A DNA stretch of 64,000 bases, from the NCBI GenBank assembly GCA_044352465.1, contig JBILDU010000001.1, positions 20,211-84,210 on the forward strand. The letters are read 5' to 3'. Positions 32,711-41,968 of the stretch are shown here, piece by piece. The notes under the pieces were generated by a model. The model was not told where the DNA came from. It ran no database searches and saw only the letters and a list, made by a program, of their open reading frames with translations. The stretch's first letter is position 1, and each line of letters opens with the position of its first letter. The translations under genes were made by a program, and so were the position numbers. The DNA comes from Bdellovibrionota bacterium (GTDB lineage: Bacteria; Bdellovibrionota_C; UBA2361).

Positions 32711-34237
32711 TTACCCCTTTTTAGCCGCGCCTTCTCGTTTTCGCTTCGACCACCCTGCTTTCGCAACTTGGGGCGCGCGGGTGACGGCAAGGCTGTCTCT
32801 TTCCACGCTTTTGGTGATGACGGAGCCCGCGCCGACGGTAGCGCCATCCTCAATCGTTACCGGTGCGACGAGCGCTGAGTTGCTGCCGATGAAGACCCCC
32901 CGGCCAATCGTCGTCTGGAACTTCTCATAGCCGTCGTAGTTACAGGTGATGGTTCCCGCTCCGATATTGGTCTCCGCGCCGACGGTGCAATCGCCCAGGT
33001 AGGAGAGGTGCGATGCCTTGGCCCCATCGGCAAGTACCGCTTTCTTCGTTTCGACGAAGTTCCCAATTTTGACGTGTTCCCCGAGGACGGTCCCGCCACG
33101 TAAGTGAGCGAAGGGGCCCACGGCGGCGTGTGAGCCGATAGCCGCGTCTTCCGCAACGACAGAAAACTTAATCGTCGCGCTTGCTCCGATGGTGCAGTTG
33201 CGGAGCACGGCGCTTCCTTCCACCACGACATGAGCTCCGATCGCCGTAGTGCCCCGAAGCTGCACATTTGGGCCGATGCGAGCGCCGGCTGCTACCGTGA
33301 CACCATCATCGACATAGACGGTCTTCGGATCCTCGATAATAACGCCGCTCTCGATGAGTGCAGCGATCTTTTGATTGTGAAGTTGGGCATTGATCATGGC
33401 GAGCTCCGCTAAAGTATTTACCCCGAAGAGTTCAGTCGCGCTCGTAGCAAGGATCGCTTCGACCCGCTGACCTTCGGTGACCGCTCGTTCGACGATATCG
33501 GTCAGATAAAACTCTTTTTGCACGTTGTCGTTTTTCAGCTCCGCGACTGCGGGGGCGAGGAACGCTGAGTCAACCGCATATACCCCCGAATTCATTTCGG
33601 TAATGCGGTGCTCTTCCGCAGAACAATCTTTCGCCTCACGGATTCCGCGAATTTGACCGCTCGTTTTGTCACGAAGAATTCGGCCATACGGGACGCTCGG
33701 CTCGACTTCGATTGAGATAAGCGCCAGAGTGGAATTCGTCTCGTGATGGGTGCGTAAGAGTTCCGTTATCGTTTTTGCCGAGACAAGGGGCGAGTCCCCG
33801 TAGAGGATTACCACCGTACCGACAAATCCATCGAGCGCCGGAAGGGCGCACCGGACCGCGTCGCCGGTGCCTCGTTGCTCCGGTTGATGGGCGAAGGTTA
33901 TCCCCGAATCCACCCCGAAATCCTTTTCGACGCTCGCATGGACGAGCTCCCGTTTATGGCCCGTGACGACGACGATACGTTGGGGATTGAGGCTCTTAAC
34001 CGTGTGGAGCACGTGGTGCAGGAGCGGCATTCGACGGGTTGAAACAAGTACTTTCGGGGTGTCGAGCCCCATCCGTTTCCCAAGCCCCGCGGCGAGAACG
34101 ACGACGGCAACAGGCTCGGAGTGCGGGGGCGTAGCAGGGGTGAGGGCGGAAGTCATCGGCATCAAATACTCGGTATTTTTTGGGTCAGCCACCATATGTA
34201 AGGCTTCGCGAATATACTTTAAAAAGCGCATCGTCAC
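32711..34237 (-). CDS. glmU: Bifunctional GlcNAc-1-P uridyltransferase / GlcN-1-P acetyltransferase
   Basis: N-terminal NTP-transferase motif VVVLAAGLGKRMG and C-terminal left-handed beta-helix hexapeptide repeats. The true start is probably the internal Met at 34162 or 34156. Confidence 0.9.
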   Translation of the reverse strand: MTMRFLKYIREALHMVADPKNTEYLMPMTSALTPATPPHSEPVAVVVLAAGLGKRMGLDTPKVLVSTRRMPLLHHVLHTVKSLNPQRIVVVTGHKRELVHASVEKDFGVDSGITFAHQPEQRGTGDAVRCALPALDGFVGTVVILYGDSPLVSAKTITELLRTHHETNSTLALISIEVEPSVPYGRILRDKTSGQIRGIREAKDCSAEEHRITEMNSGVYAVDSAFLAPAVAELKNDNVQKEFYLTDIVERAVTEGQRVEAILATSATELFGVNTLAELAMINAQLHNQKIAALIESGVIIEDPKTVYVDDGVTVAAGARIGPNVQLRGTTAIGAHVVVEGSAVLRNCTIGASATIKFSVVAEDAAIGSHAAVGPFAHLRGGTVLGEHVKIGNFVETKKAVLADGAKASHLSYLGDCTVGAETNIGAGTITCNYDGYEKFQTTIGRGVFIGSNSALVAPVTIEDGATVGAGSVITKSVERDSLAVTRAPQVAKAGWSKRKREGAAKKG

Positions 34238-34428
34238 CAGGCTTCAGGGACGTACTCGCCTCCCGGTGAAAGGGTGACCGAAGCTACGCCGAGTCTCGGG
34301 GGAGGAAATATGATCGATATCGAGGGACTGGGGGTCAGCCACTGAGTTCTCTTGAAAAAAGTGGGTAATCTTGGGAGATTATAGCAGGTCTGCGCCCCCT
34401 GTCGGGGGCCTTTTGGCGCGAGGTTTCT

Positions 34429-35655
34429 ATGCAAAAGATTAAGGTCAAGAATCCGGTTGTTGAGCTTGATGGTGATGAGATGACGCGGATCATCTGGCGA
34501 ATGATTCGTGAGGATCTGATCTTACCGTTTCTCGACATCGACCTTAAATATTTCGATCTCTCGATTGAGCATCGCGACGCGACCGAGGATCGCGTTACCG
34601 TTGAGGCGGCCCACGCTATCAAGACTTTCGGGGTCGGAGTTAAATGCGCGACGATCACCCCGGACGAGGACCGGGTCAAAGAGTTCAAACTGAAGAAGAT
34701 GTGGAAGTCTCCGAACGGCACGATTCGGAACATCCTCGACGGAACGGTCTTCCGTGAGGCGATCTTATGTAACAACATCCCTCGTTTAGTGCCGGGTTGG
34801 ACGAAGCCGATCATTATCGGTCGACACGGTTTCGGCGATCAGTATCGCGCTACCGATTTCGTCGTTCCTGGAAAGGGAACCCTCACGATGCGCTTTACCC
34901 CCGAAGGCGGCGGAGCACCGTTGGAGTACGAGATCTTTAAATTTCCGGGTAGCGGCATTGCAATGGGGATGTACAACGTCGATGCCTCGATTAAGAGCTT
35001 TGCCCGAAGCTGCATGAACTACGCGCTAACCAAGAAGATGGCGCTTTATCTGTCGACGAAGAACACGATTTTGAAAGCCTACGATGGGCGGTTCCGCGAC
35101 ATATTCCGGGATGTCTATGAGTCTGAATTCAAGGAGCGGTACGCTGCGGCTGGGATCTCGTACGAACACCGGCTGATCGACGATATGGTCGCTTTTTCGA
35201 TGAAGTCGAGCGGTGGTTTCGTCTGGGCGTGTAAAAACTACGACGGCGATGTTCAGTCCGACTCTATCGCTCAGGGATACGGCTCGCTCGGTCTGATGAC
35301 TTCGGTTCTCCTTACTGAGGATGGGAAGACGGTGGAGGCGGAGGCGGCTCACGGAACGGTGACCCGCCACTATCGTCAACACCAGCAAGGTAAGGAGACC
35401 TCGACGAATCCGGTGGCCTCGATATTCGCGTGGACTCGCGGGTTGTTTTATCGCGGGACGTTCGATGGTCAGCCGGAGGTGGTAAAGTTCGCGGAGACTC
35501 TTGAGAAGGTCTGCACCGATGTGATCGAGGCAGGCAAGATGACGAAAGATCTAGCTGTCTGTATTCACGGGTCGAATGTCCCGAGCGGCTCGTACCTCTC
35601 AACGGAGAAATTCATGGGTGAGATAGCCGCAGAGCTTCGCCGAAGAGTAGGCTAG
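34429..35655 (+). CDS. icd: NADP-dependent isocitrate dehydrogenase (eukaryote-like subfamily II)
   Basis: [23 protein letters not shown]... is the subfamily-II IDH N-terminus. 408 aa. Confidence 0.95.
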   Translation: MQKIKVKNPVVELDGDEMTRIIWRMIREDLILPFLDIDLKYFDLSIEHRDATEDRVTVEAAHAIKTFGVGVKCATITPDEDRVKEFKLKKMWKSPNGTIRNILDGTVFREAILCNNIPRLVPGWTKPIIIGRHGFGDQYRATDFVVPGKGTLTMRFTPEGGGAPLEYEIFKFPGSGIAMGMYNVDASIKSFARSCMNYALTKKMALYLSTKNTILKAYDGRFRDIFRDVYESEFKERYAAAGISYEHRLIDDMVAFSMKSSGGFVWACKNYDGDVQSDSIAQGYGSLGLMTSVLLTEDGKTVEAEAAHGTVTRHYRQHQQGKETSTNPVASIFAWTRGLFYRGTFDGQPEVVKFAETLEKVCTDVIEAGKMTKDLAVCIHGSNVPSGSYLSTEKFMGEIAAELRRRVG

Positions 35656-35804
35656 TACTTCGTCTTAAGGGTTTTTTCACCAGAGAGCATCTCCGGGGGG
35701 CGGACTATCCGGCTTTTTGTCTCGTTCGCCCTCGGACTCGTCCTCCTCTGGGGGGCCTCAGGACTCGATGTGTGGCGCCGAACGATACGAATAAATCGTA
35801 GAAC

Positions 35805-37406
35805 TTGTTGGAGATTTCACCATTTTGGGGGAGTCCCCCCTCAAGTTCGGGAAAAGACTCTCATTCCTTACCAAATCGACCGATATACCTCGAAGCCTAC
35901 GCAAAGTTGGTGAAGGGTTTCGGGATGGTGTCAAACGCAGAACGTACTCAACGGCGAGATCTGTCCGAGCGTCGTTTAGGAGAGGCGTTTAAATACGTCG
36001 CCCGTGGGTGGATGCCGGTGCAAGCGCCGGTGCTCAAAGATGTCCAACGTAAGCTGGCCGGAAAGCTCTACGAGGGCCGACCGAACGATCTGATCGCGGA
36101 CCTGCGAAACGACTTTTCACTCTTCACCTACTGTTTTCGTCAGCTCGGCCAAAAAGTCGCTGGCGAAGACCGCCTGAGAAGCCCGCTCGATCTCCTGCGC
36201 TCACGTTCACATCGGGAGCTCACCGAAATATTCGGTGTCGGCGGTAATGAGGTTAGCAGTCACGACTTCATCGGGATGAAAGAAGTCCAGCTCCTTCGGC
36301 TCAAACACCAACTGGTGAGTTGCGCAACCGTTGAGTTAATCGCGGAGAAGCAAGGTATCGACGTTGATATCGCCGTGATGGCCGCACTTTTTCGTCAGCT
36401 CGGAGTGGCGCTTGTTGCCTGGAATTATCCGAGTACGTGCGCGAAAGCGCTCAGTACTTACGGAGGAGGGCCCGCCGATGCTCCGCTTCACTTCGACGAT
36501 GAAATCTCAACTATCGTTGGCTTCGATCCGCACCGGTTAGGGAAGGAGTTTCTCCTTAGTTGGAACGCCGACCCCGTTATGCGTCTTGCTTTAGCGAGAG
36601 GCGATGCGGGAGAAGAAGACGAGGAGATCGACGATTCAACCCGTGAGCTTGGCGATGGTGTGCGGCGAATGTGTCAGGTGGGTGAGGCCCTCGCCCGCAC
36701 GAACGACCCCAACTTCTATCCCCGGGCGGTGCAGCGGTGGCGTGAAGTTGAGGGCGAGGTTATCTATTTTCTCGGTCAAGATGGCCTGGAACGGATTCGT
36801 GAGCACTTAGTGGAGCGGTACGCTCACTATGTTGGCTTCGCCCCCAAGCTTTTGGGGGCAGCGCTGTCTCCGCAGCGTCAGGTGGATGTTGTCAATAAAC
36901 ACTACGCGGAGAAGCGCTACGCCGCGAACGAGCACGCGCAGCGTTGTCCTGAGCCGGTGAAAGTCGCCTTTAAAGGGGTTTACGACTCGATCACACAGAA
37001 CCGGATCTCCACCGTGGCATTGAACGGTCTCGTCGGCGAGGTGGTACCGAAGACGGGCTTTCTGCGTGGGTGTGTCTATATTCTCGATCCGAAGCGGATG
37101 GTTTTGGTTCCGCGGTTGCGGCTCGGCGAGACGCGCGAATATCGCCCGGTGAGTTGTGCGTGTGGCGGTGAACGGTCACATCCCGTCTCGGAGGCGTTTC
37201 ACTGTTCGATGCCGATAGTCGAAGAGAACGTTTTTCTGAACGGAGACTTTGTCTCTCACGTTACCGGGAAGTTCGGTAACATCGATAAGGTGGGGATACT
37301 CTACCTGGAGATGACCGAAGCGCTCCGCGAGGTTGATCGGGAAAATCGTCTGCTCTACTTTAAAGCGATTCGACAGTGCCTGAACGACTGTCTTAATCTC
37401 CACTAG
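35805..37406 (+). CDS. Hypothetical cytoplasmic protein (possible HDOD-like signalling domain)
   Basis: The likely start is the Met at 35925. The N-terminal region (APVLKDVQRKLAG...LIADLRNDFSLFTYCFRQLG...) loosely resembles the HDOD pattern. 533 aa. Confidence 0.45.
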   Translation: MLEISPFWGSPPSSSGKDSHSLPNRPIYLEAYAKLVKGFGMVSNAERTQRRDLSERRLGEAFKYVARGWMPVQAPVLKDVQRKLAGKLYEGRPNDLIADLRNDFSLFTYCFRQLGQKVAGEDRLRSPLDLLRSRSHRELTEIFGVGGNEVSSHDFIGMKEVQLLRLKHQLVSCATVELIAEKQGIDVDIAVMAALFRQLGVALVAWNYPSTCAKALSTYGGGPADAPLHFDDEISTIVGFDPHRLGKEFLLSWNADPVMRLALARGDAGEEDEEIDDSTRELGDGVRRMCQVGEALARTNDPNFYPRAVQRWREVEGEVIYFLGQDGLERIREHLVERYAHYVGFAPKLLGAALSPQRQVDVVNKHYAEKRYAANEHAQRCPEPVKVAFKGVYDSITQNRISTVALNGLVGEVVPKTGFLRGCVYILDPKRMVLVPRLRLGETREYRPVSCACGGERSHPVSEAFHCSMPIVEENVFLNGDFVSHVTGKFGNIDKVGILYLEMTEALREVDRENRLLYFKAIRQCLNDCLNLH

Positions 37407-37643
37407 TACTCCGACAGCAAAGTTCACTCGAAAGTAGGTCCGCGTGGCGGAATCGTTGCTGGTGCGTCTTGTTAGCGTTTGGGCTCGGGCGACTGAGCTT
37501 GCCGTAGATACGCCCGAAGCCAGATACCAGCGCATTGTTCTGGTATCTGCGCGGCCGTGCTGGTCGCGCTCGTATATCGCCTCGGGAGACCTCTCGGCAG
37601 GTGAAAAAGCTATCGAGAGGCGCGAGGAGAAAGTCCCTTTCGA

Positions 37644-38168
37644 TTAACGAATGCTCTGGCGCAATCGCTCGATCGCCGTGGTGCTTCCCCAGTAGCGGGG
37701 ACTTGTTACTGCTGCGACCTTTTCGCCGGACTCCGGATCCAAGAGGGTCATCCGAGCGCCGGATTGATCGAGGAGGACCGTGTGAGGAAGGCTCCGAATG
37801 TCGAAGCGGGCGCGTGCAGTGCCCCCGTCAAGCACGACCGTATAGGGTAGTTCTGCGGCCTCGATGAATTCCGCCACAGCGACAGGGTCGTCTTCGACTG
37901 CAATGGCTATCACCCGAAGGTCAGGTAAGTCTCGAGCTACCCGCCCGAGCGATGACATCTCTTCGCGGCACGTCACACACCAGGTGGCCCAAAAGTGGAG
38001 GAGTGTCACTTCTCCGAGGTAATCGCCAAGACGCCGAGTCTCTCCGTTTGTGGTGAGAACCGGAATATTATGGCAGGCAGCTCCTGGTGAGCCACTGCCT
38101 GCACGGGGCGGGAGCACTTTGGTGCACGCGATCAGATTGACGAAGAGAAGGATGACGATAAAACGCAT
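37644..38168 (-). CDS. TlpA/ResA-like thiol:disulfide oxidoreductase lipoprotein (thioredoxin fold)
   Basis: Lipobox LIAC after a signal peptide, and the redox motif HFWATWCVTCREE (CxxC). Confidence 0.8.
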   Translation of the reverse strand: MRFIVILLFVNLIACTKVLPPRAGSGSPGAACHNIPVLTTNGETRRLGDYLGEVTLLHFWATWCVTCREEMSSLGRVARDLPDLRVIAIAVEDDPVAVAEFIEAAELPYTVVLDGGTARARFDIRSLPHTVLLDQSGARMTLLDPESGEKVAAVTSPRYWGSTTAIERLRQSIR

Positions 38169-38186
38169 GCGTCTATCTCCGCATGT

Positions 38187-39236
38187 TCATCGGACGAGTG
38201 TCAACGGAGCTCCACCGATACGTTGCCGTGTGATTCGGCCGTGGACATCGGCTAGTTCAACAACGATGGGTGCCTCGGAAAATGAGTCGCTCGGAAGGGG
38301 ATGGTACTCGCCGATATACCCACCGGGGGTCCGCTCAATCATTGGGATCGAGCGTACGAGCGTTCCAACCGAAAACGTTGCGGTGAGCTTCTCGGTCCCA
38401 GCCATCACCACCGTCAGATATCCCCGCTCAGAGAGCGTTCCACCGATACCGTCGTGCGCCGAGCTAAAGATCGCGGGAGGGGGGGATTCAAGAAATTCGG
38501 GGCGTCGGTCGACCCGAAGCGGTTCGACTGCTTCTGCTACCACACGGCGGGCGAGGTCGGTGACAAGTTTGTTGTCGAGTCCCTTGAGCGGCTCAATCAG
38601 GAGATCGGAGAAGCCGGTCGGGCCTTTGGTGAGCCCGCGACTATCCGAATCGACGCTCGTGGACCGAAAAAGTACCGCGCCATCGGTAGCGGAGATAAGC
38701 TCTAGATCCACCCCAACCGTCGTCACCGATTCGATGCCGTAATAACGACGATCCCAGCGGGTTATGCGGCCGTAGAGGATAGCATCGCAGCTCAGATGAT
38801 GAATACAGATCTCCTTTGTCGGAGTGGCGAACAGCTTTCTTCGGTCAAGGGAGAGATCGGGGGTAGCGAAGCCGTGATGCAGAAGCTCACCTTGGACTAC
38901 CGCCGGTGAGATGAGGTCGAGGGCGGAGCTCTCTTTCAGCGAACTTCGTACCACCCGCTGGACGAACTGTGTCGGCATTAGCGGGGAGCGCGAGGAGATG
39001 AGAGCAACATCGTCGATGAGGAGGTCGGGATTCTCCTCGATGATCTCGCGCGCAGCATTGACTTGAACAAACGGTAGGATGGCCACCCGGATGGGCGCCG
39101 CAGGGTTGAAATTGAGCTCGTGTTTGAGGCTCGTGGTACAACCGCTCAAAAGGAGAGCAAGTAAAAAGACCATTACGCCACGGTAACGTTCGACGGCGTG
39201 AGAACGTGACTGAGCCCGGAGAACCTTGGTGCTCAT
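38187..39236 (-). CDS. Lipoprotein with CsgG/LpoB/DUF799-like N-terminal module
   Basis: Lipobox LLSGC, then IRVAILPFVQVNAAREI (the VA[IV]LPF motif of periplasmic lipoprotein families). 4-bp overlap with the upstream gene. Confidence 0.55.
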   Translation of the reverse strand: MSTKVLRAQSRSHAVERYRGVMVFLLALLLSGCTTSLKHELNFNPAAPIRVAILPFVQVNAAREIIEENPDLLIDDVALISSRSPLMPTQFVQRVVRSSLKESSALDLISPAVVQGELLHHGFATPDLSLDRRKLFATPTKEICIHHLSCDAILYGRITRWDRRYYGIESVTTVGVDLELISATDGAVLFRSTSVDSDSRGLTKGPTGFSDLLIEPLKGLDNKLVTDLARRVVAEAVEPLRVDRRPEFLESPPPAIFSSAHDGIGGTLSERGYLTVVMAGTEKLTATFSVGTLVRSIPMIERTPGGYIGEYHPLPSDSFSEAPIVVELADVHGRITRQRIGGAPLTLVR

Positions 39237-40378
39237 GCTCCCCCTTTCGACTCGATAGTATAAAGGCGGGGCTCAGAGAGGAGCCCGTTTCGGTCGACGG
39301 CGATAAGCGCAAGGGTGGGGTATCCGCGGAACTTGGCGGTCGGTCCTCGCCACGACGGCCCTCTGCGTTCAGCGATCTTCTCGAAAGGCCCAGCAGGAGT
39401 AGGGGCGCGGTATATAAGAACCTTGACGGTGGCGCTTGGACACGGGGAGGTGAGTGTTACCGCACCGGGAGCAGCAGTGGCAACGAGCTCTCCCCGGCAA
39501 CTGTCGCTCGACTGAGGAGGAAGAGCTCCGAGGGCAAACCGGGTGGCGGTGCCGAAGACGTCCCGAAGTTCGGCTTCCGCGCCGACAAATTGCTCCGGAT
39601 CGACGACAAGATAGTTACTGCAATAGCGGCCCGGGGAGACCTCGCGCAGGTTAGTTTTAGTTTTATTCCTTAGTACCACGACTCCCTGTGCGTTGGGCGA
39701 ACCGAAGAGGCATACCTCATAAACCGCCGCTCTTTTGGGGACGATCGAGGCACGCTCAATATTCGGTGGGGTCACCGCACCAGGGGCGTCACTCTCGGGG
39801 GGGCGAGGGATACTCGTCACCACGGTTTGGGCATACTTCGCTGCAAGCGTTGCGAACGCGGCGTCGTCGCTATTTCGGATCTGCGAGATGAGCCCCTGAA
39901 ATATCTGGCCGGAGTTAAAGAGGAGGCCACCCCGCTCGCTCTCGGTGTGCTTGATAGCGAGAAGCTCGTTTCCCTCGACGTCGGTGAGGGTGAGTCGCCC
40001 GGAGATAGAGTTGTAATAGCCAGCAAGAAAATTATTCCGTGAGGCTTTATCGATGGTAAGGGTTGCAAAGGCGTCGATAGGATACCTGGCGATGAGCTTG
40101 TCCCGCTCTCGGCAGGTTGAATCGGTGCAGATACTATCGATAATCGCCCGGTCAATCGTGCTCAAACCGTGATTGGTGACCTCGTTCTCGAGCGCGGTGC
40201 GCAACGTCGCGACCCGCTCACGCGGGATCGTGGCGGTTGAGCTCGGCGGTAGTATCGCTACGGTGTGAAGTCTCTGATTTAAGAAAAGGGGAGACTGGTT
40301 GACTTTGGGCATCCCGCAACCGCTGCAGGTGGCCACGATAAAGAGAGAGAGGAGGAGGAGCCGTCTTACCGAGTGCAT
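39233..40378 (-). CDS. Lipoprotein paralogous in architecture to 38187-39236
   Basis: Lipobox CSGC, then HTVAILPPSST... Similar layout to the downstream lipoprotein. 381 aa. Confidence 0.55.
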   Translation of the reverse strand: MHSVRRLLLLSLFIVATCSGCGMPKVNQSPLFLNQRLHTVAILPPSSTATIPRERVATLRTALENEVTNHGLSTIDRAIIDSICTDSTCRERDKLIARYPIDAFATLTIDKASRNNFLAGYYNSISGRLTLTDVEGNELLAIKHTESERGGLLFNSGQIFQGLISQIRNSDDAAFATLAAKYAQTVVTSIPRPPESDAPGAVTPPNIERASIVPKRAAVYEVCLFGSPNAQGVVVLRNKTKTNLREVSPGRYCSNYLVVDPEQFVGAEAELRDVFGTATRFALGALPPQSSDSCRGELVATAAPGAVTLTSPCPSATVKVLIYRAPTPAGPFEKIAERRGPSWRGPTAKFRGYPTLALIAVDRNGLLSEPRLYTIESKGGA

Positions 40379-40395
40379 CGCTTAGCCTGTAACTC

Positions 40396-40857
40396 CTATT
40401 CCACAATAATGGTGCCGGAAGCTGCGGTACGAGGGGCTGGAAGACCGTGAACGGTGACGGTGTACGTTCCGCGATCGGGAAAGCACGCCGAGGTAAAAGT
40501 GCGCGGACCGAAAGGTCGAGTCGAGCGGATCTTCCCATCGTTATCGAGCTTCAGCGAGCCGCTCGCGCAATGCATTCGCTTCTCCCCGTAGTCTATCTCT
40601 ATGGTGGTAAGTGAGTCGGTGGTTGAGTTTAGGAAAAATACGATCGAATCGCTTTTTTTTGTTCGAAGGGTCAGCGGATCAAGCCCCCGATCGGTGAGGG
40701 TAACGATCTGGTTGCGCGAATCCGGTGCAATGCTGACGTTCTTTTCAGTTGGGGGCGGCTCCGCACTACGGAGAGGGGGCGGATAGGCTAGTACCCCTGC
40801 GCAGACTCCCCAAACGAGACATCTGATGAACCGAGTGAACATCTGGGTGGTCTCCAC
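40396..40857 (-). CDS. Small secreted beta-rich (cupredoxin-like) protein
   Basis: Signal-like N-terminus. The C-terminus, CFPDRGTYTVTVHGLPAP...SGTIIVE, resembles cupredoxin beta-strand motifs, but a complete Cu site is not evident. Confidence 0.45.
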   Translation of the reverse strand: METTQMFTRFIRCLVWGVCAGVLAYPPPLRSAEPPPTEKNVSIAPDSRNQIVTLTDRGLDPLTLRTKKSDSIVFFLNSTTDSLTTIEIDYGEKRMHCASGSLKLDNDGKIRSTRPFGPRTFTSACFPDRGTYTVTVHGLPAPRTAASGTIIVE

Positions 40858-40971
40858 CTGTTTCCCGTAAGGAGAGTAGCAGGGGCGCGATAACGACTCA
40901 ATGATGTTCTCCGGTCGCTCGTATCCAAGGACGTAAGTTTTTTACCTGCCGGAGCTTTGTTGGGCTAACCA

Positions 40972-41946
40972 CTAACTTCGCTTGGGACCCTTCCCTCCTC
41001 CACCGCGGGGATGCCATCCCCAAAGGGTGTCGTGGGGGGCGAGGTCAGCGGATACCGGCGTTGAGATCGCTGCTAACCGGCCGTAGTGCTCGCTCGACAG
41101 GTGCCAGTCCAAAGCCCCGAGGTTCTCCTCGAGTTGGGTAAGGTTACTTGAACCAACGATCGTTGCACTGACCCCGGGGGTATCGAGGAGCCAGCGGAGC
41201 GCTACCTGACTTAAGGTTCGATCGAGCTCGGCCGCGATGGTGCGGAGTTCGCCCAGAACCGCCGCAACGCGGGGGAAGAGACTTGGACCCAAGAGCCTAT
41301 TCTTAGCACGAAAATCGGTCGGGACATTGTCGGGGGTGATCGTCCCGGCGAGGATTCCTTGAGCAAGGGGTGAATAGGCGATGATGCCGATCCCGTGGCG
41401 ACGCATGAGCGGCAATACCTCCCGCTCGACGGAGCGCCATAGAAGGCTGTAGCACGGCTGTAGGGAGTCGATTCGGCTCGGTTCGGCGATCTCCTGCCAC
41501 TCGGGCTCCATCCAATTTGAAACACCGATCGCGCGAATGAGCCCCTTTTCGCGGAGGCGCTCGAGCGCCCCGATAGTCTCCTCGAGTGGTGGGTTACGGG
41601 GAGGCCAGTGCTGTTGGTAGAGGTCGATATAGTCGCAACGAAGATTCTTAAGGGACTGCGTCAGCGCTCCTTCGATCTGATCCGGTCGGCTGGTGGTGTG
41701 GTGAAACTTCGTGGCGAGAATAACTTCGTGGCGTCGGGTGCCGATAGCAGCTCCCAGAAGACGCTCCGCATGGCCATCGCCGTACGCAGGAGCTGTATCA
41801 AAGAAGTTAATACCCCGATCGAGCGCCGCATGGACCACCGAGGCAAAAGTAGCATCGTTCGAGGTGGACCAGCCTGCCGCTTGCCACGTTCCGATACATA
41901 AGCGGGAGACAGAGAGAGGGGATCGTCCAAGTGGGCTCATTTCCAT
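40972..41946 (-). CDS. Aldo/keto reductase family oxidoreductase
   Basis: INFFDTAPAYGDGHAE and AKR catalytic tetrad context. 324 aa. Confidence 0.9.
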   Translation of the reverse strand: MEMSPLGRSPLSVSRLCIGTWQAAGWSTSNDATFASVVHAALDRGINFFDTAPAYGDGHAERLLGAAIGTRRHEVILATKFHHTTSRPDQIEGALTQSLKNLRCDYIDLYQQHWPPRNPPLEETIGALERLREKGLIRAIGVSNWMEPEWQEIAEPSRIDSLQPCYSLLWRSVEREVLPLMRRHGIGIIAYSPLAQGILAGTITPDNVPTDFRAKNRLLGPSLFPRVAAVLGELRTIAAELDRTLSQVALRWLLDTPGVSATIVGSSNLTQLEENLGALDWHLSSEHYGRLAAISTPVSADLAPHDTLWGWHPRGGGGKGPKRS

Positions 41947-41968
41947 ATAAATGCTCGGCGAAAGATAA

